A DNA stretch of 64,000 nt from a virus (lineage: Duplodnaviria; Caudoviricetes): positions 160,001-224,000 of the IMG/VR virus record IMGVR_UViG_3300023283_000076; one strand, 5' to 3'. Made by a program: the position numbers and the translations under genes. The notes beneath the pieces were generated by a model that made no database searches, was not told the DNA's origin, and saw only the letters and a list, made by a program, of their open reading frames with translations. This document shows, in pieces, positions 20,377 to 29,985 of this stretch (positions within the stretch are counted from its first letter, which is position 1; every line of letters begins with the position of its first letter).

Positions 20377-20405
20377 AGTATATATCCTTAGTTTTTCGCA
20401 GTCAA
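20377..20405 (-). promoter_or_regulatory. Sigma70-type promoter for the polymerase operon
   Basis: TTGACT-N17-TATACT. Confidence 0.75.
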
Positions 20406-21026
20406 TTAAATATCCCAATTCTCAGGGTTTAATTCAAAATTTTCAGGGTGAAATTCATATGGTTTTGTTGATCTTATTTGTAACCTTACTTGAGTTAATG
20501 ATCCAATATTTACAGGAGCGACACCATTTGCAAAATTGGGGGCAGTTGGAAATATGATTAGTGTTCCTCGTTGTGGTTTAAAATTTATATCAAACGTGGG
20601 AAATTCTAATTTTCCCCCATTTACTTCAAAAAGGGGATCAAAGTCTGGTCTGTCATTATGATCATTTAACCATAAAATTCCGGTAAAGTCTATTAGATTA
20701 TATCGTACCCAACCGCGTTCCCGTGTTTGCATATATCCGTCAGTTTTAACTTTTGTAGGTTGATAACCGGGTGGGTACCATTCAAACATTAAATTATGTG
20801 TCCCCAAATAAGAAGTATTGAATTTATTTTCAAGTTTATATATAACATCGTCAAACGTTTGTAGAATGCGTGTGCTATTTAAACGACTCGATAATATAGT
20901 AACTTTAGGGTTTCCATCTTGACCTTTCATGGGAACAGCTTTGTCTATTCTTAAATCTTCTAATATTCTTTCACATAAAAGTGGTGATACAAATTCTTCA
21001 ATAATTAAAAATGGTATTTCTTTCAT
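20406..21026 (-). CDS. Prolyl-4-hydroxylase-like 2OG-Fe(II) oxygenase fold, apparently lacking metal ligands
   Basis: EEFVSPLLCERI, FTGILWLND, GGKLEFP, PQRGTLIIFP; expected HxD reads KTD. Confidence 0.7.
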   Translation of the reverse strand: MKEIPFLIIEEFVSPLLCERILEDLRIDKAVPMKGQDGNPKVTILSSRLNSTRILQTFDDVIYKLENKFNTSYLGTHNLMFEWYPPGYQPTKVKTDGYMQTRERGWVRYNLIDFTGILWLNDHNDRPDFDPLFEVNGGKLEFPTFDINFKPQRGTLIIFPTAPNFANGVAPVNIGSLTQVRLQIRSTKPYEFHPENFELNPENWDI

Positions 21027-21065
21027 ATTATGTTTATATACTGTGTTATAATGTAAGTGTACTGT

Positions 21066-21073
21066 TATTTATA
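21066..21073 (-). promoter_or_regulatory. Late promoter TATAAATA
   Basis: Exact motif 40 nt upstream of 21026. Confidence 0.65.
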
Positions 21074-21082
21074 TTAAAAAAA

Positions 21083-21979
21083 TTACTCTGTAAGAGTGGG
21101 ATTCTGTTCTAAAATTATACCCTCAGAAGAACTATTTCTGGCTTTTCTTACAATAAATTCTTTTAGTTCGTCTTTGCCAGAATTTTCAATTTCTACATTT
21201 AAAGATATTTTGCTTACACCATCTTCAGTACATATGCCCGCATACACTTCTCGACCCATAAATTTTAATTTTCCCATCATACATGAATCATCGATTTTTT
21301 CAAAATCTTCTACAACAATTTTATTTGCATCGCCCATATTATATTTTATAGTAGGTTTATCACTAAAGGTTTTTATAGTTATATTATTTTTTTGTTCGGT
21401 ATCATGTTCGGCGAGGGATTCTTTTACTGTTTTAGATTCGTCATCTTCTTTTGATGATTTTGCTTTTTTTTCTCCTTCGTCTTTTTTTTCTATTCCCAGT
21501 ATATGTTTAAATAGTGTTTTTAATTCATCTTTGTTCTCTGCTACCGGAATATCATTTCTATAACATACGATATCAACGTTCCCTTTTCTATAAAACTTTT
21601 TAGGACAATATACGATTACTGTTTTATCACTTTCTAATACTTTACCTAACTCTAACAACGTTATAGGTGATTTACTATCTTCTGCAAAATATATTAGTAC
21701 CGCATCTGATTTTTCTATATGATCAAGCTCCCAAGATACTTGATCATAAAATTGTGTATTTTCTATAGATTGTGTCCATGAAGGGTCCCAATCTTCTCTT
21801 CTTGGGTTATATATTGTTATCTTAACTTGTTCTGAACTACATTCTTCTAAAAATTCAGTTATTTCTTTTTGCCAATCTTCGGAATCGCCCATGTCAATAG
21901 TTCCTGCTAAAAATATTTTAACAGAATTGGATAGTGGACGTTCTCTAGTGGGAGCTTTGAATACTTTTATATTACTCAT
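21083..21979 (-). CDS. Nucleoside 2-deoxyribosyltransferase-like protein with C-terminal extension
   Basis: KIFLAGTI..DWQ..YNPRR..QVSWELDHIE..SPITLLELG..YRKGNVDIVC. Confidence 0.85.
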   Translation of the reverse strand: MSNIKVFKAPTRERPLSNSVKIFLAGTIDMGDSEDWQKEITEFLEECSSEQVKITIYNPRREDWDPSWTQSIENTQFYDQVSWELDHIEKSDAVLIYFAEDSKSPITLLELGKVLESDKTVIVYCPKKFYRKGNVDIVCYRNDIPVAENKDELKTLFKHILGIEKKDEGEKKAKSSKEDDESKTVKESLAEHDTEQKNNITIKTFSDKPTIKYNMGDANKIVVEDFEKIDDSCMMGKLKFMGREVYAGICTEDGVSKISLNVEIENSGKDELKEFIVRKARNSSSEGIILEQNPTLTE

Positions 21980-21985
21980 TATGCG

Positions 21986-22357
21986 TTATTTTTTACCCCG
22001 CAATCTTTTGTTGAATTGCTGAAGTCTTTCTGTGGGTGCTCTTCGTTTCGCTAATTTTGTATGACGAACTCGCTGACCTTTTTTGTATCTAGAAGCTTTT
22101 TTACCGGCTCTTACTTGTTTAGGGTCTTTTTTGACTCCACATTTTTGGGGGTTTTTTACTAATCTCCCTTTGCGGGGTCCCGACATGCACCTAAATTGTC
22201 TATCAAGTTTATTTCCATAACGTTTAAACTGTCTAGTGACGCTTCGTTTTTCTTTTCCACGCTGAATATCTGGAGTCATAGATCCCTTTTTTTCTTCTAA
22301 ATATATAATCTCATCCTCGATATCCTGAACACATTCAAAAATATCATCTATTTTCAT
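21986..22357 (-). CDS. Basic hypothetical protein, probably head-associated
   Basis: RQFRCMSGPRKGRLV motif; acidic N-terminus with IFE/LEE, basic C-terminus. Confidence 0.55.
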   Translation of the reverse strand: MKIDDIFECVQDIEDEIIYLEEKKGSMTPDIQRGKEKRSVTRQFKRYGNKLDRQFRCMSGPRKGRLVKNPQKCGVKKDPKQVRAGKKASRYKKGQRVRHTKLAKRRAPTERLQQFNKRLRGKK

Positions 22358-23664
22358 GAGAGTATACCTCCACTTCTCCGATTCGGTGAACTTATATTAT
22401 TTGGTTTATTTTGTCCTCGTCGATTAGAATCTGATGAGTCTTCTGCGTCATTTTGGTTATCTTGTCCTTCTTTTCTTTCGTTATCTTGTGCTAAACGTAT
22501 TTGAGCATTTAATTTACGTTGTTTTAATGCTCTTTCTTGGGGGTCTTTAATGTTACTCACTTCTCTGCGTTGACGTCGTAGTGATGCAGCATCTACTCCG
22601 CTATCTTCGTTTTCCAACATATGCACCAAAAAATCCCCAAAGCCGTAAAATGATTCTGATACCGTTCCACCTCTCATTTTAAATTTAGCAAGATCAGAAA
22701 GTTTTTTAGCTTCTTTTTCTTTTTCTTTTTGCTGTTTCATTTCTTGCTCCATTCGAGCAAGTTCTTCTTGATTTTCCATTTCTTCCTGAGCCGCTTTCAT
22801 TGAATATTTGGCTTGTAGAGCCCTTGATTTTTCTGCCTCTGCTTCATACTGAGCACGTCGGGCTTCTGCTTCTGAAGATAGCATATTTACGATATTCTTA
22901 AGCATGCTTTCTTCGTCATCCTCAGACCCAAAGTCAGTTCCTAGATCTTCTTCACCTTCTTCTTCTGACTCTTCGTCTCCAAAGTCCACATCATTCAACT
23001 CTTCATCTTCGCCCTCGGCGGACTGCCCATCATCAAACCCTTCTTCTCCATCAATGCTCTCATCATCTGAGGGGGCGTTTGGTTGTGATTCCAGCGTGTC
23101 CAATTCATCTGGTTCCGAAACCTTATCTGCATTATATATTTTATCTTTAGGAATCTCCGGGAATTCTACATTTACAATATCAAAATTCTGTTTTAAATTA
23201 TAAAGAACTTCAGCCATAGATACGTTCCCGCCATGGCCGCTTCTTCCAGTCATTTTATACTCTTCAACTTCAGCCAATTCTTGTGCTAGTGCGCTTTCGA
23301 ATTCGTCTTGTTGATCACCTCTTATGGTAATTTTCATAAGATTTCCATCATCATCCTCTACGCCATAGGTTTGAGTATTATCTTCATGCATTCTAGATTG
23401 GTTTTGAACACCACCGAGCTTAGAGTATATTTGATCTAATGATACATTTTCTTTTAATGATACTGGAAAGGGAGTTTTAATTTCTTTCATATTAAGACCA
23501 TTAGCTATTTTTTTACGTCTATTTTGTAAATATTTAAGAAAACCTATGTCTCTTTTTTGCGTAGGATAATCGTCTCGTCCCTTAATATCAGTTCTCACCG
23601 CAACTGAACCTGCGCTAACTGCGCCAGCGGCGGCAGATTCTTTTAGACTTCTTTTATTTGTCAT
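22354..23664 (-). CDS. Acidic, coiled-coil putative prohead core / capsid-internal protein
   Basis: LKESAAAGAVSAG start, several L/I/V-x-E sites, D/E-rich middle. Confidence 0.5.
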   Translation of the reverse strand: MTNKRSLKESAAAGAVSAGSVAVRTDIKGRDDYPTQKRDIGFLKYLQNRRKKIANGLNMKEIKTPFPVSLKENVSLDQIYSKLGGVQNQSRMHEDNTQTYGVEDDDGNLMKITIRGDQQDEFESALAQELAEVEEYKMTGRSGHGGNVSMAEVLYNLKQNFDIVNVEFPEIPKDKIYNADKVSEPDELDTLESQPNAPSDDESIDGEEGFDDGQSAEGEDEELNDVDFGDEESEEEGEEDLGTDFGSEDDEESMLKNIVNMLSSEAEARRAQYEAEAEKSRALQAKYSMKAAQEEMENQEELARMEQEMKQQKEKEKEAKKLSDLAKFKMRGGTVSESFYGFGDFLVHMLENEDSGVDAASLRRQRREVSNIKDPQERALKQRKLNAQIRLAQDNERKEGQDNQNDAEDSSDSNRRGQNKPNNISSPNRRSGGILS

Positions 23665-23698
23665 AATATGACCACTCTAACTTATGTTGTACAATTAT

Positions 23699-24145
23699 TT
23701 ATATGAATTGGTCTTTTTCGGTTAAAATGCGAAACTCTATTCCCTTGGATTTACACCATTTTTCTGCGGCATCCCATTTATGTTGATTAACAATATACGT
23801 ATATTGTTCTTGCATCCTTTTAGAGGCTTTTTTAGCTTTACTGGGTTTTGATTGTTTAAATGGTTTAATTTCTATTAATTGTTTGTGATATTTTCCGTCT
23901 TTATCTTTAAAAACTAAAAAAATATCTGGATAGTATATAGAAGAAACTAGCCCTCCTGTTCGTGGGTCTGGTTTATAATATTGAATCGGAATTTCTTCTG
24001 ATGCCCATTTTATAATATTTGGGTTGTTATCACAAAACTTAAAAAATTCTAGTTCCCATGAAGATAGGTATCGTATAGAAGATATATCTCCTAAATATTT
24101 CTCAGGTTTTCGTGGAATGTATTGCCCTTGAACCCAATTCTTCAT
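23699..24145 (-). CDS. Head completion nuclease (T4 gp4-like)
   Basis: YLSSWE..F..FCD.NPNI..WASEE..YYPD..IEIKP..N..KW.AA. Confidence 0.9.
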   Translation of the reverse strand: MKNWVQGQYIPRKPEKYLGDISSIRYLSSWELEFFKFCDNNPNIIKWASEEIPIQYYKPDPRTGGLVSSIYYPDIFLVFKDKDGKYHKQLIEIKPFKQSKPSKAKKASKRMQEQYTYIVNQHKWDAAEKWCKSKGIEFRILTEKDQFI

Positions 24146-24148
24146 CTA

Positions 24149-24421
24149 TTACAATATAAGTCCCATTATATCACTATGTCGAATCATTAAAAGCTTTTCG
24201 TTTTCAAATTCTATACTTTTTCCTGTCCCATTAGAAAAAAATACAGTGTCTCCAACGGAAACCTCAAATTCTTTTTTGGAATTATTTGGATTGGTTCCGG
24301 TAGAAACAACTTCACCTTTTATACAGGTCCTAGCATTTTCGGGTATTATCAATCCATTCTTGGTTTCTTCTTTTATTATGGGTTTTATAAATATTTCGTC
24401 TCTTAAGGCTTTTAATTTCAT
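24149..24421 (-). CDS. groES: Co-chaperonin GroES-like
   Basis: LKALRDEIFI..GLIIP..GEVVSTG..VSVGDTVFF..G. Confidence 0.88.
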   Translation of the reverse strand: MKLKALRDEIFIKPIIKEETKNGLIIPENARTCIKGEVVSTGTNPNNSKKEFEVSVGDTVFFSNGTGKSIEFENEKLLMIRHSDIMGLIL

Positions 24422-24492
24422 TATGTTTCCTTATCTTATACACATACGTGTAATATATTTAGAACATTAACTTTAGAGTGTATTTTTTATTC

Positions 24493-25197
24493 TTAAGCTA
24501 ACCTAGTACTCGCATCAGGTAACGGACCATTTATTGATGAACCGTCTGGGGTAACTTGAGATTTGTTTTCTTTATCTACTTTATATGCATCATAAGTAAA
24601 CGTTATGGCTATTGTACTGGCTTCAGATACCGTCATATTTAAATCATCCGCCGCAATATCGATTATTTTAGGATTAGCATATGTATAGGTAGTTAATGTT
24701 CCTACCCCCTCATGTACTAATTCAATTTTATCAATTATCCCTAATTCACTTCCGTTTCTAAGAGCACCGATAGTTTGGCGTTCGCCTAGCACACTCGCAT
24801 TTGAACTTGGTGCAGAGGCCAATGGACTAACGGCTTCCATATAAGCATCAATAATAGTATGTGATCTATTAGAAGAATCATCATAAAATGACAACGACAA
24901 ATTTCCAAATTCTGTTTTTGTGGCTACTTTTGTACGATATCCATAAAAATTTACATCGGTATATTCTATGTTAGGGTTTAATCTTGAAGAATGTTTTACA
25001 GGTAATAAATTAGTTACAAGATTTAACCCCCCATCAGCGTTATTTTGAGTTACCTCTTCCCCATCACTTCTAAAAGTGAATTTTACAAAAAAATTAAACT
25101 TTAGCTTTGGAGATTCTGTCGTGGCAAATTTGTCTAGTATGTCTGAGGCCCCGGGGCCTGTACCATCAAAAAGACTAGGAAATGGAAACTTGCTCAT
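24493..25197 (-). CDS. Tail tube-like paralogue (gp54/gp48/gp19 fold)
   Basis: PKLKFNFFV..VNFYGYRTKV..LSLSFYDD..ITFTYD. Confidence 0.65.
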   Translation of the reverse strand: MSKFPFPSLFDGTGPGASDILDKFATTESPKLKFNFFVKFTFRSDGEEVTQNNADGGLNLVTNLLPVKHSSRLNPNIEYTDVNFYGYRTKVATKTEFGNLSLSFYDDSSNRSHTIIDAYMEAVSPLASAPSSNASVLGERQTIGALRNGSELGIIDKIELVHEGVGTLTTYTYANPKIIDIAADDLNMTVSEASTIAITFTYDAYKVDKENKSQVTPDGSSINGPLPDASTRLA

Positions 25198-25730
25198 TAC
25201 CGTTTTCTCCTATATCTTTCACGTAAACAAAAATTAGCACAATTTTTAATATATGGCAGTAAAACCCTATAATTTTTCCTGTAAAATGAACCCTCATGTA
25301 CCTTATTATAAATGCTAGTCATGTATTTAATGAATATCGTATATTTTGTGTCATCAAGTTCTTTCAATTCTTTACACAGACTCTCAAGTCCTAATGATTG
25401 TATTACCGCATATGTTTTTTCTTCTTGTTTGATGCTGGATGAATCCACAAATGGTATTACTGGTGCATCTTGTGGTAAATCAAATTCTTTTATGGTATCA
25501 GTATTATTTCGTCTTATTGTAGATGAAACCAATTCTAAAAAAATCATACCTTTAGATATTGGTCCGCCTCCGGTATCCTTTGTTAATATCTTTAAATCGT
25601 CTAACCTTGAAGTCTTATTTCTTTTTTCAAATAAGCCACAAAACACGTTTAGAAGACAATTATATGGATTTACATTTTTAGTTTTATTAGTCTTTATGGT
25701 TTGCATTGCCTCTGGGTCTTTTGTTAGCAT
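25197..25730 (-). CDS. Hypothetical protein
   Basis: Co-directional ORF with a late promoter; 1-nt overlap with the next gene. Confidence 0.6.
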   Translation of the reverse strand: MLTKDPEAMQTIKTNKTKNVNPYNCLLNVFCGLFEKRNKTSRLDDLKILTKDTGGGPISKGMIFLELVSSTIRRNNTDTIKEFDLPQDAPVIPFVDSSSIKQEEKTYAVIQSLGLESLCKELKELDDTKYTIFIKYMTSIYNKVHEGSFYRKNYRVLLPYIKNCANFCLRERYRRKR

Positions 25731-25755
25731 TTTAGGAACTTTTAATTGTATTTGT

Positions 25756-25763
25756 TATTTATA
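25756..25763 (-). promoter_or_regulatory. Late promoter TATAAATA
   Basis: Exact motif directly after the terminator. Confidence 0.7.
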
Positions 25764-25794
25764 AAAAAGGCCCAATAATATATCGGGCCTTTTT
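25764..25794 (-). terminator. Intrinsic terminator after the tail tube gene
   Basis: aaaaaggccc...gggccttttt hairpin. Confidence 0.8.
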
Positions 25795-25818
25795 ATTATA
25801 CCTAAATTGCGCTTACAC

Positions 25819-26415
25819 TTATGTGTTAGAGCCACCAGTAGCTTTATCACCAAAGTTAGCGCCCGGTAGTAGATATGCATGATCGTATCTTATTTGTAGC
25901 GTCGTTTTTACGGTCTCGGATGCTTGGTAATCTATGTCACCAAAGTCTGCATTATTTATAGCACACCCCTCTAGTTTCCATGTTTCAAGGGGAACACCTG
26001 TCGGATTATGATCTCCGTCCAACATGTTCATGTCCAGCGCGAATTTATAAGACTGTCCTGATCGAGCTTGCCCTAAAAATGCCCCCGACGTAGGACCAAT
26101 CAATCTTTGTTGACGTTCCATCTGTTGTACGATAGCATCATGGACTAAACTCCCGATATCAGGTTCCAATGTTATACTAATTGGTTGAAATGTATATTTG
26201 CCCTGTAGATACGCGCGTGAGTTATAACGATCTAGAGTTATTTCTTCATATTCTACTTTTGGTCGCTCAGCCGTGATGGCCATAGATGTTAAGCCTCTTG
26301 AGCCCGCAGACAAACCACCGAACTTAAATTCTATTTGCCAGCGGTTTTTGTATAATGGTTGTAAAATTCCACTACTTTCGCCGCCCGGTACACCCATATC
26401 TGATATAGTTGCCAT
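25819..26415 (-). CDS. Tail tube protein (gp19-like)
   Basis: LQPLYKNRWQIEF..RPKVEYEEITL..GKYTFQPISITL..ETWKLEGC..DY..S..LQIRYDHA. Confidence 0.85.
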   Translation of the reverse strand: MATISDMGVPGGESSGILQPLYKNRWQIEFKFGGLSAGSRGLTSMAITAERPKVEYEEITLDRYNSRAYLQGKYTFQPISITLEPDIGSLVHDAIVQQMERQQRLIGPTSGAFLGQARSGQSYKFALDMNMLDGDHNPTGVPLETWKLEGCAINNADFGDIDYQASETVKTTLQIRYDHAYLLPGANFGDKATGGSNT

Positions 26416-26525
26416 ACTCTTAAACTCCTAAATAATTTATTAACAATCTCGTCTCATTATTATTTATTAAAATGCTTATCATAAAATTCATAAATATATT
26501 GTAAGTACGGGTTTAGGATTTATAG

Positions 26526-27275
26526 TTGCATATGAGTAAATATACCAAATACAATCAGGCATCATTGTTGTTTCACGCTGTAATAGATAATCTAGATAAT
26601 AGTCATTTTATATATGAAAAAGATTCTGGAAAATTATCTTTTAATGTAGGAAAAGTTTCAAGAAACTCTTCATTCTCGCATATTAATTTTATATTAATGA
26701 AAATAGATGATAAAAAGCCCCATATTAAACCAGCAAAATTAAAAAATGAATCAAATTCATTTGCAGTAGTGGTAAAAGATCAAGAGTTCCCTAAATCTAT
26801 GAAAGAAGTAGATTCATTTTTGGAATCGTCTAAAAGAAGTATCGATATTATTAAAGCTCTCGCAGAAATCATTAGAGTTGCTCCACCGAATGATTACACT
26901 ACGGCAAAAACAAATTCCTCTAGTCGTAAAACAGGATATGAAAAAGAAAAATATTATAATGACAGAGATACTTTCGAAGATTTCTATCAATCTGCTGTTA
27001 AAAAAATGCGAAATAAGATAGATGACTTGAAATCTTCAATTAAGGAATTGGAAACAAAAATAGAAAATACCGGAATATCATCTAGAAAGGTTACATATCA
27101 GATGGCTATAAAAAACCTGAAAGACGATGTTGTAGGAGAAAGTTTAAATAAATTTAAAACTAATTTCATGAACATATTAAATGATATAGATTCTGAATTC
27201 AAAGAACATTTAAACTCAGAAAATAAAAAACGATTAAATGCTAGAATAGAACAATTTTATTCTGAAATTGAATGA
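26526..27275 (+). CDS. Hypothetical protein
   Basis: 249-aa ORF; CATAAATA at 26489-26496 upstream. Confidence 0.65.
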   Translation: MHMSKYTKYNQASLLFHAVIDNLDNSHFIYEKDSGKLSFNVGKVSRNSSFSHINFILMKIDDKKPHIKPAKLKNESNSFAVVVKDQEFPKSMKEVDSFLESSKRSIDIIKALAEIIRVAPPNDYTTAKTNSSSRKTGYEKEKYYNDRDTFEDFYQSAVKKMRNKIDDLKSSIKELETKIENTGISSRKVTYQMAIKNLKDDVVGESLNKFKTNFMNILNDIDSEFKEHLNSENKKRLNARIEQFYSEIE

Positions 27276-27276
27276 T

Positions 27277-27751
27277 TTAAACGAAAATCATATTCAAGGA
27301 TATAAAGTCAAACGTTAAATTAGGATTTATATTTTAACGATATGTTAGTTTCTGTTATGACGTTTTCTAAAGGTAATATATCTAGAAAATCGAAGGGTTG
27401 GGAAATAGACAGGTTTGCCTCATTAATGAACACTTCAGTAATTGGAGGTGCTAGTAAACTATGGGAATACTTTCTAAATCATTATATGCCAGATATAGTT
27501 GTGTCATACGCAGACAACAGATGGTCTAATGGTAATTTATATAAAACTTTAAACTTTCAGTTTGAAAAAACACTACGCCCAACTATTGGTATTTTAACCC
27601 AAATGAACTTATACGAATACATCGTTTTACATTAAGAAAAAATAGTTCTGATTATGATCAGTTAACGGAATATCATAATCGATTATTAAATGGATATTTA
27701 AGAATATGAGATTGCGGAAGTTCTAAATGGGTATGGAAAAGGTCCTGCTAA
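27277..27751 (+). pseudogene. Degraded Hef-like homing endonuclease C-terminal remnant
   Basis: LNENHIQG/NVKLG/LYFNDMLVSVMTF..WEIDRFA..SYAD.RWS.G..Y/PNYWYF..YLRI*DCG; about three frameshifts plus a TGA at 27707; N-terminus missing. Confidence 0.88.
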
Positions 27752-27766
27752 AAAACAAGACCTTTT
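27737..27766 (-). terminator. Intrinsic terminator after the sheath gene
   Basis: Minus-strand AAAAGGTCTTG-TTTTTTAG-CAGGACCTTTT. Confidence 0.7.
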
Positions 27767-27775
27767 CGTTTTTCT

Positions 27776-29914
27776 TTAGTTACTTGTTGGCACACTTTCG
27801 ATACTACCAACGTCACCCACATCAGCACTTTGCAACACAACACGTATCGGTACAAAAATAAATTCCACCGCCAGTGTAGGCTTAAGAGCAACATCAATCC
27901 AAAGCTCTTTTCGCTGTACTCTATCCGGAGTATTATTCGTAGAATCGCTTAAGGTTGCGAAATCTTGTAACGCTCTAGTGTTCAATAATCCATTTAAGAA
28001 ACTATCTACTACTGCCTTTGCTTGGTTCCTAGTAATCTGGTCATTTGGCTCAAATAGGAACGGAAAGACTGATCGTCTAATTTCTCTTTTTACAAAGCGT
28101 AACATTCTTTCCACATTTATTGACTCTCTAGAAGATACAGCAGGGGCTGCAGTTTTCTGACCCATCACCAATATCCCTCTTCCAGTGATTCGTGAAATTG
28201 GATTTATGTTTTTGGGAAATTCATAAAGAGAATCTCTCTTTCCACGATCTAGATTTTCTACTACAAATGTCGTGGGTGCTCCTAGAATTCCAGAAACGTA
28301 TCCCGTATCGGTTAGGTGGGGGCATATGCCTCGTGAGCTTCCTGCTGGGGCGAACCATAACTCTCTTGACCTATCATTAAATGCAAGAACTCTAAGAGCA
28401 GTTCCTGCTGAGGTTGTCAATATTTCTTTTCCATCGATATTTGATGAAAGTCCATGGCCATACCAATATGCTAACCCAACATCAGTATTACGCTCATCAA
28501 CTGCCCAGTTTATTATACTATCTAGACCTGACGGTGGTTTATCAAACGGTGTCTCACCTACAACAAACACTTCATCTAACATGTCATCAGCTAATCTGAC
28601 TAATTCATCAACTAGCTCAGGATATCCGGGGCAGGCTAATAAATTATAACTAAACGCGTCCGGGTTTCTAATTCCTAAGTCAGGATCATTTACTGCTGCT
28701 TGAAGTTTTTCAACAATTTCTTCTTTTCTTTCTTCGTTATTTGTTCCTAATTGTGTGAAGTTTCTAAATTCTAATGTTAACTCATATTCATCGGAAGCAG
28801 TTTCAACAATTGAACATACTTGTTCTGATGTATATTCTGTAGAATCTTCGATAGCTGCAAATAACCCATCAAACGCTCCAACAGCATCTTGATCAAAACC
28901 ATTCGGGAACATTAATAGAGGCTGTGGACCTTTGCCAGATACTGGTTCAGCGAAAGAAGAAAATAGATTCAACGAACTAAATAAGCCCTCTGCACCTGAA
29001 ACATCTTCAGTTATTTCTATTTCAGATGTTACCCCCGGAAAACCAGAAGTCAATCTTAATCTTCCAGCGTTAAAATCTATAGAACCATTAGACCCGAGTT
29101 CTGCATTAATATTATCAATTAATTCACCGAATGTTTGTATTTGTGATCCTTCTAGTGAAAGCGGCTGGGGTGTTCCGTCAATCGTAACGGTTGCTGAGAA
29201 TGTTGAACTATCATCCACTACGCCAGTTACATCTGCACGAGTCAAAAATCCGCCAGACGTATCAAATATAACTTCTTGATATGCTGCGGCTGGTTCAGTG
29301 TGATCATCTAAAAAGCCATCTTTAAATAAGTTGTTGTTTCCTGTTCTTCCTTTAGCCGAAAATGAATAACAATCAAACACTTCTTGCAAAGATTCTTCTA
29401 ACAGAATTTTAACATCTTCACCATCAATTGTTGTTTTCTGGTTTTGCCCTGTTAGGTTATTTTCTTGATTAAATTCTTCTAAGTAGTCTACAAAAAGTTC
29501 ATTGAAGAAGTTACATGATTCTGCTATTTTTTTACTAAATAGACTTCTAACCGCACCGATACTATCATTAGTATTTACATTTGCACGTACAACCAATGCT
29601 CTATTACCAACTTCAAGGAACTTGTTAAGTGCATCTAATCCATATTCGTTTCTTGCATCACCATGAAATGGTTCTCCTTCGGCGCTTTCTAAATACCGTG
29701 GGATGCCATAAAGACGTAAGCTTTCACTTATTGATGTTACTTCTCTATAAACTCCATGTTCATATGTTCCTAGGGCGGGTGTGACACCATCTGGCTGTGT
29801 TTTTTGCTCTTCTGTTGCAATGAAAATAACTGGAATGGCTGCCGCTCTTCCCGGAACAAAAAAACTTTCGTCTATTATTGTTACACTTGTACCCGGACTA
29901 ATTAAATCTGCCAT
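27776..29914 (-). CDS. Tail sheath protein (gp18-like)
   Basis: LISPGTSVTIIDES, NEYGL, LLACPGYPEL, WFAPAG..RG, INPI..GQKT, INVERML, LFEPND. Confidence 0.95.
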   Translation of the reverse strand: MADLISPGTSVTIIDESFFVPGRAAAIPVIFIATEEQKTQPDGVTPALGTYEHGVYREVTSISESLRLYGIPRYLESAEGEPFHGDARNEYGLDALNKFLEVGNRALVVRANVNTNDSIGAVRSLFSKKIAESCNFFNELFVDYLEEFNQENNLTGQNQKTTIDGEDVKILLEESLQEVFDCYSFSAKGRTGNNNLFKDGFLDDHTEPAAAYQEVIFDTSGGFLTRADVTGVVDDSSTFSATVTIDGTPQPLSLEGSQIQTFGELIDNINAELGSNGSIDFNAGRLRLTSGFPGVTSEIEITEDVSGAEGLFSSLNLFSSFAEPVSGKGPQPLLMFPNGFDQDAVGAFDGLFAAIEDSTEYTSEQVCSIVETASDEYELTLEFRNFTQLGTNNEERKEEIVEKLQAAVNDPDLGIRNPDAFSYNLLACPGYPELVDELVRLADDMLDEVFVVGETPFDKPPSGLDSIINWAVDERNTDVGLAYWYGHGLSSNIDGKEILTTSAGTALRVLAFNDRSRELWFAPAGSSRGICPHLTDTGYVSGILGAPTTFVVENLDRGKRDSLYEFPKNINPISRITGRGILVMGQKTAAPAVSSRESINVERMLRFVKREIRRSVFPFLFEPNDQITRNQAKAVVDSFLNGLLNTRALQDFATLSDSTNNTPDRVQRKELWIDVALKPTLAVEFIFVPIRVVLQSADVGDVGSIESVPTSN

Positions 29915-29951
29915 GTTGTAAACTCCTATAAAATACTTTTTCTTATAATGT

Positions 29952-29960
29952 TATTTATTA
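29952..29960 (-). promoter_or_regulatory. Late promoter variant TAATAAATA
   Basis: ATAAATA core 38 nt upstream of the sheath start. Confidence 0.55.
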
Positions 29961-29985
29961 TGTGTGTAATAGATTTTAGGAAAAA

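Noticed and set aside
20406-21026. Active prolyl hydroxylase feeding the GT60
   Set aside because: Metal-binding residues appear absent, so it is reported only as a degenerate fold.
27342-27635. 97-aa ORF as a stand-alone gene
   Set aside because: It is the middle fragment of the endonuclease pseudogene.
17164-27751. Genome-wide TGA recoding, suggested by the in-frame TGA in polB and YLRI*DCG
   Set aside because: Multi-kb genes are intact under code 11, Trp uses TGG, and TGA is a normal stop with ATGA overlaps. The second case sits in a frameshifted pseudogene.
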